From Cycas panzhihuaensis (Eukaryota; Plantae; Cycadophyta): a stretch of DNA of 64,000 bases. A model generated the notes under the pieces. The model made no database searches and was not told the origin of the DNA. It saw only the letters and a program-made list of their open reading frames with translations. Position numbers and translations under genes: made by a program. The stretch covers positions 171,995,741 through 172,059,740 of the forward strand of contig CM041465.1 of the NCBI GenBank assembly GCA_023213395.1, read 5' to 3'. Shown here in pieces: positions 24,617 to 38,800 of the stretch (within the stretch, counting starts at the first letter, position 1; each line of letters opens with the position of its first letter).

Positions 24617-27600
24617 CCCTCCTTTAATGATGGCTTCATTTAACTTAATGTTGAGGTTATGCCAAAACCTTTCAAACTATGGTTTATTAACTACTTTAGT
24701 GAAGATATCTGTAACTTAGTCCTCAGTTAGTTGGTATACAAGGTCAATAGAGCTATCAACCTAAAATTTGGTTTTGTAAAGGCATCAACAATCAAGAAGC
24801 TTCTTATCAAGTGGTAATTCAGTGAGCTCCCATGTGTCATTTTTTATGATAGTGTTCAATTCTTTATCCATGGTAGCTTTCTATATTTGTTCTGTGACTG
24901 CCTAGTTAAATGTGGAAGGCTCAAGAGTATCAAGAAAATGTGTCACTAAGGCATAATTTATTGAATGTCATAGTCTTAATTTTATCTTAGGAGCAACAAG
25001 AGGAGGAGGTGTACCTTTCATCACATGTAGGTACCACTAGGGAAGTTTTTTTATGCTAGTTGCTTCTACGTAGAGATCTTCTAGTGAAATAGATGGCACT
25101 ATAAAGGTGGCATCTAAATTTGAAGTCTAAGTAAGTGGAGTTGAGGATGGACTTAGAGTGTAAGATATTGATGATGTAGGAGGATCGATAATTGATGCAA
25201 GTGGCACTTCTAGAACAATAACATCATCATCTATGATAAGCTAAATCTAAAAGGGGTCCAAGTCTAGAATATCCTTAGCAAAGATAACATCTTGAGTTCT
25301 ATATATCTATTTCCCAAGAGTATCATACACCTTATATACTTTACATCTAGGTACATAGCCATTGAAAATGTATATAAATCTTTTGTCATCTAATTTCTTC
25401 CTATTTTCCTTAGGGATAAACTTATATACAATACAATTGAATATCTTGAGATGTGAGACTGTAGCCTTTTGGCTTATCCAAGCCTCCTCGGGTGTTATAT
25501 CTCTAACTATTATAACGACACTTCTATGTATTAAATAAGTAACAATAGATGCAACTTCAATCTAAAAACAAATAGCAAGGTTGGCAACAGTCAACATTGC
25601 TTTAGCTTTATTCACTAAGATTTAATTCATCCTTTTAGCTATACCATTTTTTTGGGATGTGCAAGGATCTAAGAATTGGTGTTTGATTCTAAATTCCCAA
25701 CAAAAATTAGTGAATTATTTGGATATATATTCTCCTCCATTATCTAATCTTAATACTTTAATATTCATGCCAACTTTATTTTTTACTTTAGCTTTAAAGT
25801 CCTTGAATTTGTCAAAATCTTTAAATGTATTCTGAAGAAAGTAGACCCAAACTTTCTTGGAATAGTCATCAATAATTGTGATAAAGTATAAACTTCCATT
25901 AAAGGATGGTATTGACATAGATCCACATATGTTTGAGTGGACTAACCCTAATGGATATACTCTTTATATTGCTTTCCAACTAAGAAAGCCTTACAAATAT
26001 AATTATTTCTTTTAATATTGGGCAACCCATGCACCATATGAAGCCTATACATGAGATTGAGGCTTTACATATTAAGGAAACTTAGGTGTTAATGCCATAG
26101 TTGATCCTTAGTGCTTTTTAAAGGGGGTTTCTCTTCACTATAGGAACATTCACCCTAGACTTCTTTAATAGGTGAGTCTTGAATTGAAATTGCTTTACCT
26201 TTGTCAAGGTGATTAATTTGTACGATGGCACATGAATGTTGTTATGGACTAGTGGAGAGGAAAACACTATTAAGATTGTATAGACCACTATCCTCATGAC
26301 CTTTAGCAATTAATTGACCTATAACATGATCAATAATGGTGTAGACACCCTAAATAAAAAGAACATCAAGGTTTTTCTTATCTATTTAGTTCATTGACAG
26401 TAAATTTGATTTCGTACTAAGTACAAATAGAATATTGTTGATGTGATGTCAAACATTAGAGTTCTTCAAGTAAATAGGGAATTTACTAATCTTGGTCACA
26501 TCATAGGTGAGATTGTCTCCAAGGGTAATAGTTTGAGCCCTTATAAGATTAATGTCCTCAAGCAAATATTTAGTGCCAATCATATATCAAGTGATACTAG
26601 AATCTATCAACTAAGAATTATCATCGTGATGAGAGGACAATGTTGGAAAGAATAGGTTTTAGGAGTTAGCTCAAGAATTGGCTACATGACCTCCTTATTG
26701 TGTGTTCCTATTATTCCTTTAATTTCTTTATTGGTTCCTCTATTATTTTTAGTTATATTATCCTTGATTTCAGTTTCTCCCTTGGTTTCTATTATTTTAG
26801 AAGTTCTGTCCCCCTAGTTGGCCACTTTGATTTTACATGATTTGTAGGTCAGATTATCTCTTCCTACAATCTACAACAATGTATCTAGTATTATCACAAT
26901 ATAGGTAGGTGATATTTTATCATCACTACTAAGTTTTAGATGGTTATAGCTATTAGTATTCCTAATCTAAGTTTAAAGAACCAAATTATTGGGCTAATGG
27001 CTACTATTGATGTGGTTGAGGATGTGGTTGGTTCCTCTTAGAATTTTTTGTTATGAATGCAAGAGCAAAGTCAGAAGTAAATACCACTCCTTAGTAATTT
27101 AGAATGCTTTCTTCTCTAAGCAATAGTCCTTCTAAGGTAGTAAAGTCTATTATGGAACAATTATCAAATAAGAAAGAGATAAAGCTACTATATTTGGGAG
27201 GAAGGACGTTGACTATGCTTGACATTAGGTTATGGTTAGAGAGAGGGGCACCAAGGGTGTTGAGTTGATTCCTAATGGTCTTCACTTTAGTTAGGTGAGA
27301 GGTGATAGAACTAACAAAAGGGATGGAAAATAGGCAAGCTTTTAAAGTGATTGATTTTGAATCATCTTTCCTCTCATAAAAGGAGCATATGGTGATCCAT
27401 ACTTCATGTGAGGTATCTATGGTTTTAATATTCTATTCAACCTAATCTTTAGTTACAAGATAGAGGAAGGAGAGGATAATGTTGTCTTTGGTCTTAAAGA
27501 CAGCTAAGGCAACAAGATCAAAAGGGATTTCTTAGTTTGGATTACTAAGGTCCTTAGTGGGTGTAGGTTTAATAATATCCCCATTCATATATGGCCAATA

Positions 27601-27625
27601 AATATTCATGATTAATAAGTTTTTG
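24617..27625 (-). mobile_element. Element B: degenerate Copia (gag, PR, IN) lacking nearly all of RT-RNase H
   Basis: gag ORF 27091..27285 and integrase YFITIIDDYSKKVWVYF..LRLDNGGEY (25715..25918). The RT start DTWELTELP...KTKF joins directly to the RNase H end DIFTK. PPT (minus strand) AAAGGAGGG next to the LTR start at 24616. Confidence 0.85.
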
Positions 27626-30600
27626 TGTTATAGGCCAACCCCTGTAACCATAACAATAAGAGAGTAAAGGGGAAGAATTCTAGAAGATAAAATATTTACC
27701 AAATGAGAACCAAAAGGGACACTAAAGGAAACCCAAATAGATTGTATTCATAAATATATCAAGATGCCTTACATAATATGGGGGTGCCATATTTATAAGA
27801 GGGCTAACCTATTATTACATTCTTCTATCGTTAAGCTACCTAATCTCGCCTTATAACTATTACTAAATATTCCTAACATATCCTCCTTAAACCTTAACCT
27901 TCTAACCTATTACATGTGGTATAGGTTCATTACATGCTCTCTCCCCTCACATGCTTTGCCTTTAAAACATCCTAATACAAAAATATATGTGTCCATCACC
28001 TGTTGCTACTAGTATATCATATGTAGTAGTTTGATCAAGGTGTTGATGAGAAGATACTATTGTTGTAGATCTTATTGTTGAGAAAAGATGCATAAGTCCC
28101 TTTTGATGATGATGTGGTCCAAAATAGACCGACTCCTTTATCTGACTATCTGAACCAAAGAAATGAGAGCCTATGGTATAGTAATGTGGAATTCCACAAA
28201 AATGAGAACCCAAATGCTCCTACAACCTAAATGATAACAGAGCCAACTTGATATTTATGCTTTCAAAGAAAGAGATTTCATCCTATTAGTCCAAAGTAAA
28301 ATTTAGCTCATCTTCTTTCTCCTTCTCTTTTCCTTCCTCATGCTTGGCCTCTCCTTTTAGAAGGGTTCTCTAGTTAGGAATGAGTGCTTCAATATGTTGA
28401 CAAAGTATAAAAATGAAGAGGTTCCAATTTGGCCTATAGGTATTTTGGCACCACTCTTGTGTACACGATTGAAATGGATCTTCTAATTGTTGAATACCTA
28501 AGAAAAGATTGTGATATTCTATCAAGTCAAGCTCTTTAAAGTATGCAAGTATAGATGCAATCTAGTTATAAAAAATGATGGAACCATTAAGATTAAAATG
28601 AAGTAGCTCAATTCCACTTCTTCACCATTTTAGTGATCTTGGTATTTATCTTATAATGCATCATCTTGGTCCTATGCATCTTCTTTAGTGGAAGCTTCAA
28701 TAGCTAGGCAAGCTCACATTTCCCTTTGAACTTCTACTTTGAAGGATGCCCAATCTAGATTTGGGTGTGAGAGACACCATTACTAAGATGTTCAACAAAG
28801 ATCTAATTACAAGAATACCATATCAAACATGATCTTGGCATAATCCTAGTAGAAGTAGAAAATGTAGAATAATCTTCAAAGAATTGTTCTAAAGTGATAA
28901 CTTAGTCATAAAGTTAAATGTAGCCATCCATTCCAAGGTAAATGAGCTTAATGTCATCCTTTTAGTAAAGAAGGAACTGTTCATTATCATAGTACCAATT
29001 AAGAAGACCATTCTTTTCATAAAATATAAGTAAGTTCTTATTAGAATATGGGTCCCTTTTTTCTTTTTTTTTTAGAAAGTTGGGGGGGGGGTGTTTATAG
29101 CTGGTTAATCCCCTTAATATAATATTATGACCTTAGGGCAATGGTATACAAGCCAAAGTCTAAACATCAGAAATTGAAAATAGATTTACATTTAAAATAT
29201 CATGTAATCATAGAGCTTGACTTCAAATATTAATATTTACTACAAAAAAGGTCCAAAATATACCATATAATTACCCAAAACAAAACCCTCAAAACGAGGA
29301 ACCCAACGAATCTGATAGAATTGAATTTTACATCTATATGAAAATGATATGGATAAAATGGTGCAGATATACCTATTTTTACAAGACCATTTTAATTACC
29401 ATTAACCCCCCTTTCAAAAAGAACTAGTTCATATTCTTTAAGACCATATGACCATATCAATGAGCTAATTAACACTTGAAATTTTCAAAAACCATTTTAA
29501 CTCTACTTAATATCATCAATATTATCAAAAATAAATTATAGTTGACTATATAATTTCATTGTTGGGAAGATTTAGGGTTTATTATAATGTTGTCATCACT
29601 CTTTCTTCAGTGAATTTGCTGTAATGGATCTTTCCTTCTTCATGCAGATTATGTATAGAGACTGATTGCTACTCAGAGTAGGAGCCTCTCACAAACTTAA
29701 GGATGTCACACAATTTCCATGAGATGGCTATAACAATAGGATAATCATGATTGGTAATGGAATATATCTTTGTGATCAAGATTGAGTGATTGAATGATCA
29801 AATATTTAATGGTGAGAAGCTCAATCTTCACTCATATGTTCTTGATAGTAGTAGATCAAGCAAAGGAGGGCATAGGAGTGATAGGAGTCAAGCTCAATTA
29901 CAAGGTATAAGGTGCTCTTGTAATAATTAATTGTGGATCATAAACATATATAAAGATGTGACACATGCCACTCACACAGAATAATGGGTAGTGGGAGTAG
30001 GGCACTTAATATATGGTGTGGGCTATGCTACAAAAGTAGGGTTACATATACTTGTAAGTTATAAAGTAAGGGCAATCTTCATAGTTTCTTTACATTATAG
30101 AATTGAATCCTTATTCCCTTTCTCTATTGGTAATCTTTGGGTGCTCTTCCTAATACGATGAAGGTCCTTAAGGAAGATTATCAACTGTAGACAGGTACTG
30201 TAGGTTTGTCAATGTACAACTATGGTCATAGATATAAATAGACTAATGGATTTTTAATAGAAGGTGAAGACATACAATCGAGCATGGGTGGATCTTCTGA
30301 CAAAGTAGGGAATGTCACATGCAAGTCTTGCTTGAGTAAAGGCAGAGAGATAACAAAATAAGATCACATAGCATGGAAGGAATGCCAGAAAGAGATGTAG
30401 AGCTTCCATGCATACGAAAGAGCTCACTATTATGTTAGACAAAAATTAAATCCTACTAAAGACATAGTAGTATACTTGATGATACTAGATAGAGACACTC
30501 TTAATAATATGCTCTTATCCATGAACCTACATGTCCATTTATATAAACTTGCAAACATAGTGATTAATCTCATGAACACTTACCATCTAGGTTTCATGGC

Positions 30601-30775
30601 TCTGTCATAGATACCCCAAAATATGTGGATAGTAAGCAAAACATCCTTGTAGAATAAACACTTACAATGACAAGGTAGCTAGACTAAGGCTCTTATATGT
30701 AAACCCTTTCACAATATTATATCTTAAAATAAGAGAAAACGAAAAAATTGACCTAGCCCTGGCTATAATACCACT
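27626..30775 (-). mobile_element. Heavily degraded LTR-element debris interrupting the gag of B
   Basis: LTR-like segment 27626-27878 with an adjacent minus-strand PPT (AAGGAGGA), and a degenerate minus-strand PBS near 30761-30773 (GGCTATAATACCA). The internal sequence is too decayed to classify and may be more than one element. Confidence 0.4.
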
Positions 30776-33700
30776 TGTTACATGAATAATACTCAAGCAT
30801 TCAAGATGAAGAAATATAAAGAGAAAATAGAAGAAATAAGATAAAGGAGGATGGAGGGTTATGAAGAATATTTATTAGCATAACATCATATCATATCATA
30901 TCTCTTTATAATAGAGTGGGTTATATATAACAATCAACCCCTCATTATTATATTCTTACCTTTATATTAACCAATCCCATTAATTCTCATATGATGGAGG
31001 ATCATAGCCCTTTCTAGCATGTGGTGTAGGCTCACCACAAGGTAGATGCCTTTACCTTTTATTCAAGGTAACTCTTGTCTTCACGAAAAGATGATAATAC
31101 CCAATTTTACTTATCAAAACACATTACTCCCTTTACAAGGCATTCCTCTTATACTTTAAATCATCAAAGTTTCTATTAGATGTAATAAAGGAATCTACTT
31201 ATAAAGATACATTAGAAATCACATAAAACTCCATCAAATATAATTGAGGAAATCAACTATCATAAATCATAGAATTTCTATGAAATATAGTTGAGGAAGA
31301 CATTTATAACCACATGTATATCACATAAAGAATCTCATCAAAAGGGATTAATTACATTAAAAAAGAGTTTAGATATGTCATGTTTTACACATAAGAAAAG
31401 AAATTAAGAGTAGAAATTGACATTAAAAAGGGCAAGGCTAAGGCCCATTTTTGGGTCCATCACTTCCCCCTACTGCCTATTGTCTCATAAGTTCACACCT
31501 TCTAAGATAGGTGATTGACTAGTTTGTGAGATATCTAAGAATGTAAACTTTATAAGATAATCAATGGGGATACTCTCTCATATGATACATAATTTATATG
31601 CTATAAGTATTATCATAAGAATATACGGGATAAGCCTCCAAACATGATAGATATAAGGAATTTCATGAGATATATAGATCTAAAGGAGTAGTGTTGCATA
31701 AATGAGGAAAGTGGGGAAAGGGAAACTTATATTCAATAACGAAATTATTTTGACATTAATTTCTATTAATACAAATGTATCAAGCTAGAAAGAACCAAGT
31801 TTATAAGATTATAATTAAAAAGAGAGCAAAGAATTTTCTAAGAAAAGACTTAATGAATAATCAACTATGCATTCATTCTAATGGATGTGAAGTGTAGGGA
31901 ACCAAAACACTAGAAAAAGACTAAGTGTGTAGCTCTCCATTTTTCATTCATAATTTAATAAGTAGATAGTGACCAACCTAGGTTGGAAATCCTATAAATT
32001 AGAATATTTAATATTATGTGTAGCTTGTATATCTTAAACTTGTGGCATATACTCCAAATATCCATACATATATTAACTTTATCCCAGATTATCATGAGGG
32101 CTTATCCTTGGAAGACAAAATATAAAACATGAATTAAAACCATTTCCAAACATAAAACATTAAGTAAACATACATTCACTCACAATTTATAATTCACCAA
32201 AAGCACTTCATTCATCATTGAGATAATTTTTTAAAAAATTTACTTTTGTTCCTAAAAATGTTCTCAGATTCTACTAATCTCTTAAGCACCACCTATTAGT
32301 AACTTTTGCATTAATGATAATCTCATAATCTATTAATGTAATTGATTTGACAAGTGTGCAACCATCTCTAAATTAAGGAACTCAATTAATAACTACTATG
32401 ATTCTGTATTTTTCAAATAATTGATGAATTGCTCTTTCTACATATATTTCTTAATTATATCCTTTAATTACACATGATCAAAAGTCAACCGTTGTCTACC
32501 ACCATATTCCCTACATATTACAATATTAATCTTGACAAAACTTTGAAACCCCAATTTACAAAACATGGTAGTAGAAAAGGTTTGACCTTTGATCATGCAC
32601 AACTAAAGGAGATGTGTAGAGAACACTTGTCAAAATGAACATAAAGCTCTTATTTGCAAAACAGTAAAGAACTTAGAATCTCTCGTATGAACTCTATAGC
32701 CTCTATGAATTCAAATGCTTTGTGTTCACAAAGTTACATAGACAATAAATCATGGTGGGAGTCATGATGATCTTGACAACCCACATTGATTTCCATAAAT
32801 ATTGAAGAGGTGTCTACTTTCCCTTATTTTATCCCACTCACAAACTTCAAAGTTGGAATCTTGCAATTTGTCTTTTTTATATTTATGAGTATCAAGTTCT
32901 TTGGTTTGCAAAATTATTTTATCAATTTTATGGGATTAAATAATGTAGACTTTACATTTTAGTTTATTATCTTTGCTTAAATGATCCTTAAAAGGTATTG
33001 TTGAACTTGTGTAGGCCCACACAATCTCCTTAGGATGCCTCATAAATGTATTCATGCAACTTCATTAAGGGGAGTTTGTAAGGGTCTCTGCAAATTTCAA
33101 ACATTTGCTTTATAGGAGCTTGTTCTACCTTATAAACTATGAACTTATAGGGAAATAAATATGAGCTCATTTACAACTTTCATTAAGAAAAAATTATGAG
33201 AAGCCTTATAAATTATTTGAAAAGAAATTACAAGGTTACTAAGCATGCTTTTGTTCTTTATCACCTAATGCTCAAATCACAAAAGGAAGGGTACAATCTT
33301 GGCTAGTAACATTGCTTATCCATTGTCTTAGAGTATTAAGTTTCTTGTTTTTGCTTCCCCTTGTCCTTTTGTTGAAGTTTTTTATTAGTAAAAGGGCCCC
33401 AATACTCTAGAAATAAACCTCTCAAAGATCATTGGTTGAAAAGCCTTATCCACCCACTCTATTATTATCTCTCTTAGCCAATCATCTAATAGATCAAACC
33501 TATGAATTTTCCTCTATAGGACCTATATATTAAAATGTATGTATAACTAAGGGAGCTAATGCATGAGCTTGATCCACTAGATCGGGTATTTACCCAAACA
33601 CTACATCAACTAATTTGCATGAGTGGATGCTAAAATATATCTCTTTGCAAAATGGTTCATGAAAAATCAAATCCAAAAACAAGTCCAACAGATGACGCCT

Positions 33701-35999
33701 AACTACTATCTCTACTTTTTCTTTCATTTGTTTTTTATCTTAGGCCCAAGACTAGATCAATTCCTATTAATTATGAGAATAAAGATCTTATAATTCTAAA
33801 CTCATTATCAACTATTAATACAAAGCCAATGTAGATTATGCATCTTCATCATTTGCCCTTCAATACAAGGAGACTTTTGTCTCCTTCCTCATATACTCAA
33901 TGAGGTCTCCTGCACCCCTTGAATTTCTTCTCTCCATGTAAACTTAAAGCCTTGAAGATGTATGCTCACTATTGAAATGGTTAAATTACTTTCATTTTAT
34001 TTCATAAAATTGCTCACCAAAAGCATATCAACTAATTGATCCTAATCTTCCTTATTGTAATTGTCATAGCCCCGCTATGACTTGTGATCCCACTTTGTTA
34101 AAACTCACCGACGTTAACTGATTAAGCCTACAACAACTGTTTCAACTTGAATTATAGAAGCTGAATCAAAGTAATATATGTATAACATAATGATTTCTCC
34201 TAATAGATAAAACAAGTCCAAGTGAACATGAGTGTTTCATCATTATGGCTAATTTGCTTTAAACAATATTATCAATGAAAATATATAATAGTTAAAGTAA
34301 TATAATCACCAATGAATCATCTTAGAAGTAACGTGATAAGGGGAAAACAAACCAAATTACTTAGATAGATTCACCACCCAACCATTTGAAACTTTGACAA
34401 GAAAACTACCCGTGAGCTAAACCATGTGATATAAATGATAGAGTATTTATGTAGTCACTCTTCACACAAACCCAAGTTCCCTGAAATGGCTTCATTTGAT
34501 ACTATTCTATATTTAAATGTTGTTGCAATAATTTTAATCTTTTATATAACACTCATCTTCAAGACATAATTAGGAAATGCCACCACATATGGTTCATCAT
34601 TAAATCAATTTCTTTAGACTATCTTGTAAAAAATAATGTCTAATTCTAACTTAGTTTTTCTTTAAATTAATTGATAAACCATGTTAGGTAGATTCTTTTG
34701 AGAACTATATTTCTATATTTATTCTCTCAAATTAAAGAGAATACATGAGTTATACCTTAATGTTTTCTTACTTTATTGGTTTATTCTTTACTCACGCTCT
34801 CATTAATATGAGAAGTGATCTTACTTTCATCAATACATTGAGTGATCAATATTGATGCAAGGAGAGTAGATGAAGAGACATTGTATTCACTTGTTATTTA
34901 ATGCAAGATTATTTCTTGTAAACCACTGTACAATTGTGTTTGATTCATTGCTCTTATTTACTTGGTATCCTTCTCTTTGATTTTCCAACATTGTATCAGA
35001 TCACTTTTAATCAATGAGAATTTGGAGAGTTACAATTTATTAGAACTTCTTCATTACCTACTTCTTTTACATGTGATGGGTGTTATAAGTTCTATTTTTA
35101 CCTTGATTCACCTATATTTACAACATGATATTAGATCCCATGGTTCATTTAGTCAATTTTTTTTTTAGTTTAGCATGTATTTTTTTTCGTTAACTTGATA
35201 TTATTATTGTACAGATATCCATTTCTAATTTTTGTTATTTTCAAGTGAACCCATAAGGGTTTTCTCAGTGAAAAGGGCATAAATTTTTCCATAGGGAATT
35301 TTCTTGCATCGATGAGCACTTCAAATCTCTATTTTCTACAAGATTTTCACACATGGGTTTGTTTCTCACAAGTTTTAGATTATTTTTACACTATTTTTTG
35401 CCTACAAAATAGATCTTTTGGTGAGAATTTTCCTAAAAAAGCTAAAGAAATGGACAAGCTTTAAAAACCTCATTTTTTACTCTTAAATTATAGATTTCTT
35501 CTCTCTAATTTTTATTTTAGCAATGTGGATAAGATAGATATTGGTTAAATTTAAAGCTTAGATGCAATAAATTACTTCAAAATCACTCTATTTTCCTCCA
35601 CAAAATCATGTGGAAGATTTTTCAATGGAGACAATGTGAAACCCTCATGATATCTCCATTGTAGGTTTATAAAATTTACTTTTATCTTTTATTTGTCTAA
35701 TTTTTAAAGAAATTAAATCATAATATAACTTTTTAAAGTCCACATTTTATATTTTTGAGTTATGGTCACATGTAGTAAGGGTTTATGACTCTAAAAAGGG
35801 CCGAAACTTTATAGCTCACTTATTTAATGTCTAATTTAAGTGATTTTAGTTTTTAGCTTCATAATTTTTTGTTGTACTTTCATTTCAAAGGTCTAAAATT
35901 ATAACAAGACCTTTTAGCCACAGAGTTTCATTATACACTTATGCTTGTAGTTTTAGACATATGTTTTATTTCTCACTATGTTTATTATTAATGTTATTA

Positions 36000-38800
36000 G
36001 TTATGTTCCACTAGATGCATATAAATTTAATTGTAAAAATTATGGAATTTAGAAATTTAAAATTTCTAATATTTTGGCACATAAGAAATTAATGAAAATG
36101 TTTAAAGGGAAGGAACCAAAGCCAATTATCTTTGTCGCTCACGCTATAATTAGATATATTCCATCTACTTCAATTGTGATAGCTAAGGTTGTTAAAGATT
36201 TGGACGATCATGATAGAGAGGCATTAATAATCATTGAGATTTCTATTGCTAATGGCCTTATCACTCATCTTCAAGGAAAGACTTCTTCCAAGGATATATA
36301 ATAGACTCTATAAGAAATATATGAATTCAATAATAAAACAAGAGTATTGCACCTAAGAAACTTGATTTATTTATGTAAAATGACTATAGATGAACTTATC
36401 TCCTTACATTTGCAAAAATTAAGAGATATTATAGATCAATTAATTACAATTGGTGAGAAAGTAAAGGAGATGGATCTTGTGAGAATTACAGTTAATAGCT
36501 TATATAAAAGCTATCATATCTTTGTAACTAGTTTATGTCTTACTTAAAGAGCTCAACCACTTACTTTTGAGGAACTAGTTGTACATCTATTGTATGATGA
36601 GTAATGCATTGGAGGTTACATTGGTAGTAGTAGTAGTATGGCATTGGCTTCTCAATTAAGAAAGAAACTCCAAATACATGCTCCTAAACAAACCCTTCCA
36701 CCTTCTCACAACATGAGTGAATCTCATGGCAAGCCTAAAAAGGATATCATATGCACATATTATAATATGAAAATTTACCATGAAAAGAATTCTAGAAAAG
36801 GAAAGAAGATAAAAAGAAAGTTAATAATGATGATGAAAAAGTCTTTGCCTTCGGTGCTATTTTTTGCATAAGTTGTATTTGGTACATTAATTATCATGCC
36901 TCAAACCTTATCACTTTTCATAAAGAATGGTTTAGTGAGCTTAAAGATGGTCATAATCAAAACATTATTCTAGATAGTAACAATCAACATAAAATAGTCA
37001 ATCAGCGCACTATTATTCTCAATCAACTTGATCGTAAAATCAAGATATCTAATGTGTTATATATACCATCATTCAATCATAATTTGCTTTCTATAATCCA
37101 TGTACCTAAACTAAAATTTAAGGTTGAGTTTGATGCTATCAAGTGTGATAAAAGATAGTGATTTTGTAATTGCTCAAGGAAATGAAGAGAATGGTTTGTA
37201 TACATTTTTTAGTACACTTGAGTATTATTTTGTTATAACTACATTTGATACTTCATAACATCATTGCTTCAGTCATTTGAACTACTATAATTTTCAATTA
37301 TTGAATACTTAAAAAAAGGTACACGATCTTCCTCTAGTTTAAAAGTGTGATAAAATATGTAGTATATGTGCATTAGGAAAACTATATAGGGAGAAATTTG
37401 TCAAGTCCATATGGTAGGCTAATGATAAATTAGAGTTGGTTCATTATAATTTATATGGACTATTGTCACCAATTTCACTTGGAGGTGTAAAGTACTTTAT
37501 GAAATTCATTGACAATTTCACTAAGAGGACTTTGGTTTGCCTTCTGAACAATAAGTTGAAGTATAAAGTCCAACGAGTTCAAAGTTGAAGTTGAAAACTT
37601 CTCTAGAAAGAAGATCAAAATTCTAAAGAGTGATAATATAGGTGATTACATGTCAACTAAACTCACTACTTTCTATAAGGATCATGACATTTGATGATAA
37701 TTGACTACATCTTATATACTACAATAGAACGGTGTGTTTGAGAGAAAGAATTGCATTATTATTAAGATGGTTAGATATATATGCTTAAAGCTAGAAATGT
37801 CTCAAATGGTTTTGGGAATGAAGCTATGAATATAATTATGTATATTCTAAATAGAAGTCCAACTATAATTGTTTAAAATATAACTCTTGAAGAATCATAG
37901 ACATGTAGAAAACTCTCTATTAATAATATTTAAGTTTTTTATTCTGTTACTTTTATTCATACACCTAATGTAATAAGACAAAATCTTGATGACAAAAGTC
38001 ATAAGTATATTCTTATTGGGTATAGTGAGTCATCCAAAATATATAAGCTTTGGGATCCCTTAAAGAGGAAGTTTATAATTAATACTGATGTTCTACTTAA
38101 TGAACATAATAGGGAATTATCCCTATTATAAATGCTAATGCTAGAAGCACATAAATAAAGAATGAAATTGATGAAAAGAGTAAAGAGAATGAGAAAATTC
38201 CTACAAAAGTTTCATATTCCTCCTCTCCTCTTAAAAAGTTACCTAAGTGGTATACTCAAACCATCAAAGATTTCAAGATTGGTGACATTAATATTTTTGC
38301 AGGTGTTCAGATATGAAGCAAGGTCAATTTTTCCTTAATGTCAAAGATCTTAACAATTGATAAACTTGAGTCATTTCCTAAAGCTAAAGATGTATCTCAC
38401 TAGCAATCAATTGTGTATGAGGAATCTTGTTGAGATTCTTTTAGATAAGAAATCTATTAGTTACATATGGCTGTACAAAGTGAAGTGTCAAGTTGATGGT
38501 GTTATTGATAGATATAAGGCTTGACTTGTAGTATAGGGATATGTGCAGATTAAAGGTTTTGTGTAAGTTGGCAAGGAGCATGTTGTATGCAAGTTGAAAC
38601 AAGCACCAAGGGTGTGGTATTCATGCATTAATTATTACTTCATATCTTCTAAGTTCACTAGATGTAAATCAAATCACTTTGTTCAGGAGAAAATATAGGG
38701 TAAAGCAGTTAAATTAGTCTATTATATAACTGAAGATCAACTTGGTGGAATTTTCACTAAGGCAATAGATTGTGAGAAGCTTAATAGGTTTAAAAAAAAT
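36000..38800 (+). mobile_element. Element C: degenerate Copia gag-pol with two large deletions in RT/RNase H
   Basis: gag ORFs 36074-36871, integrase motifs YFMKFIDNFTKR and ILKSDN, RT start VIDRYKA*LV, then jumps to KLKQAPRVWY and to HFVQEK..EDQLGGIFTKA. LTR boundaries not resolved. Confidence 0.85.

Noticed and set aside
32200-33950. Degraded transposase or LINE coding region
   Set aside because: No motif could be recognised with confidence in any frame I translated.
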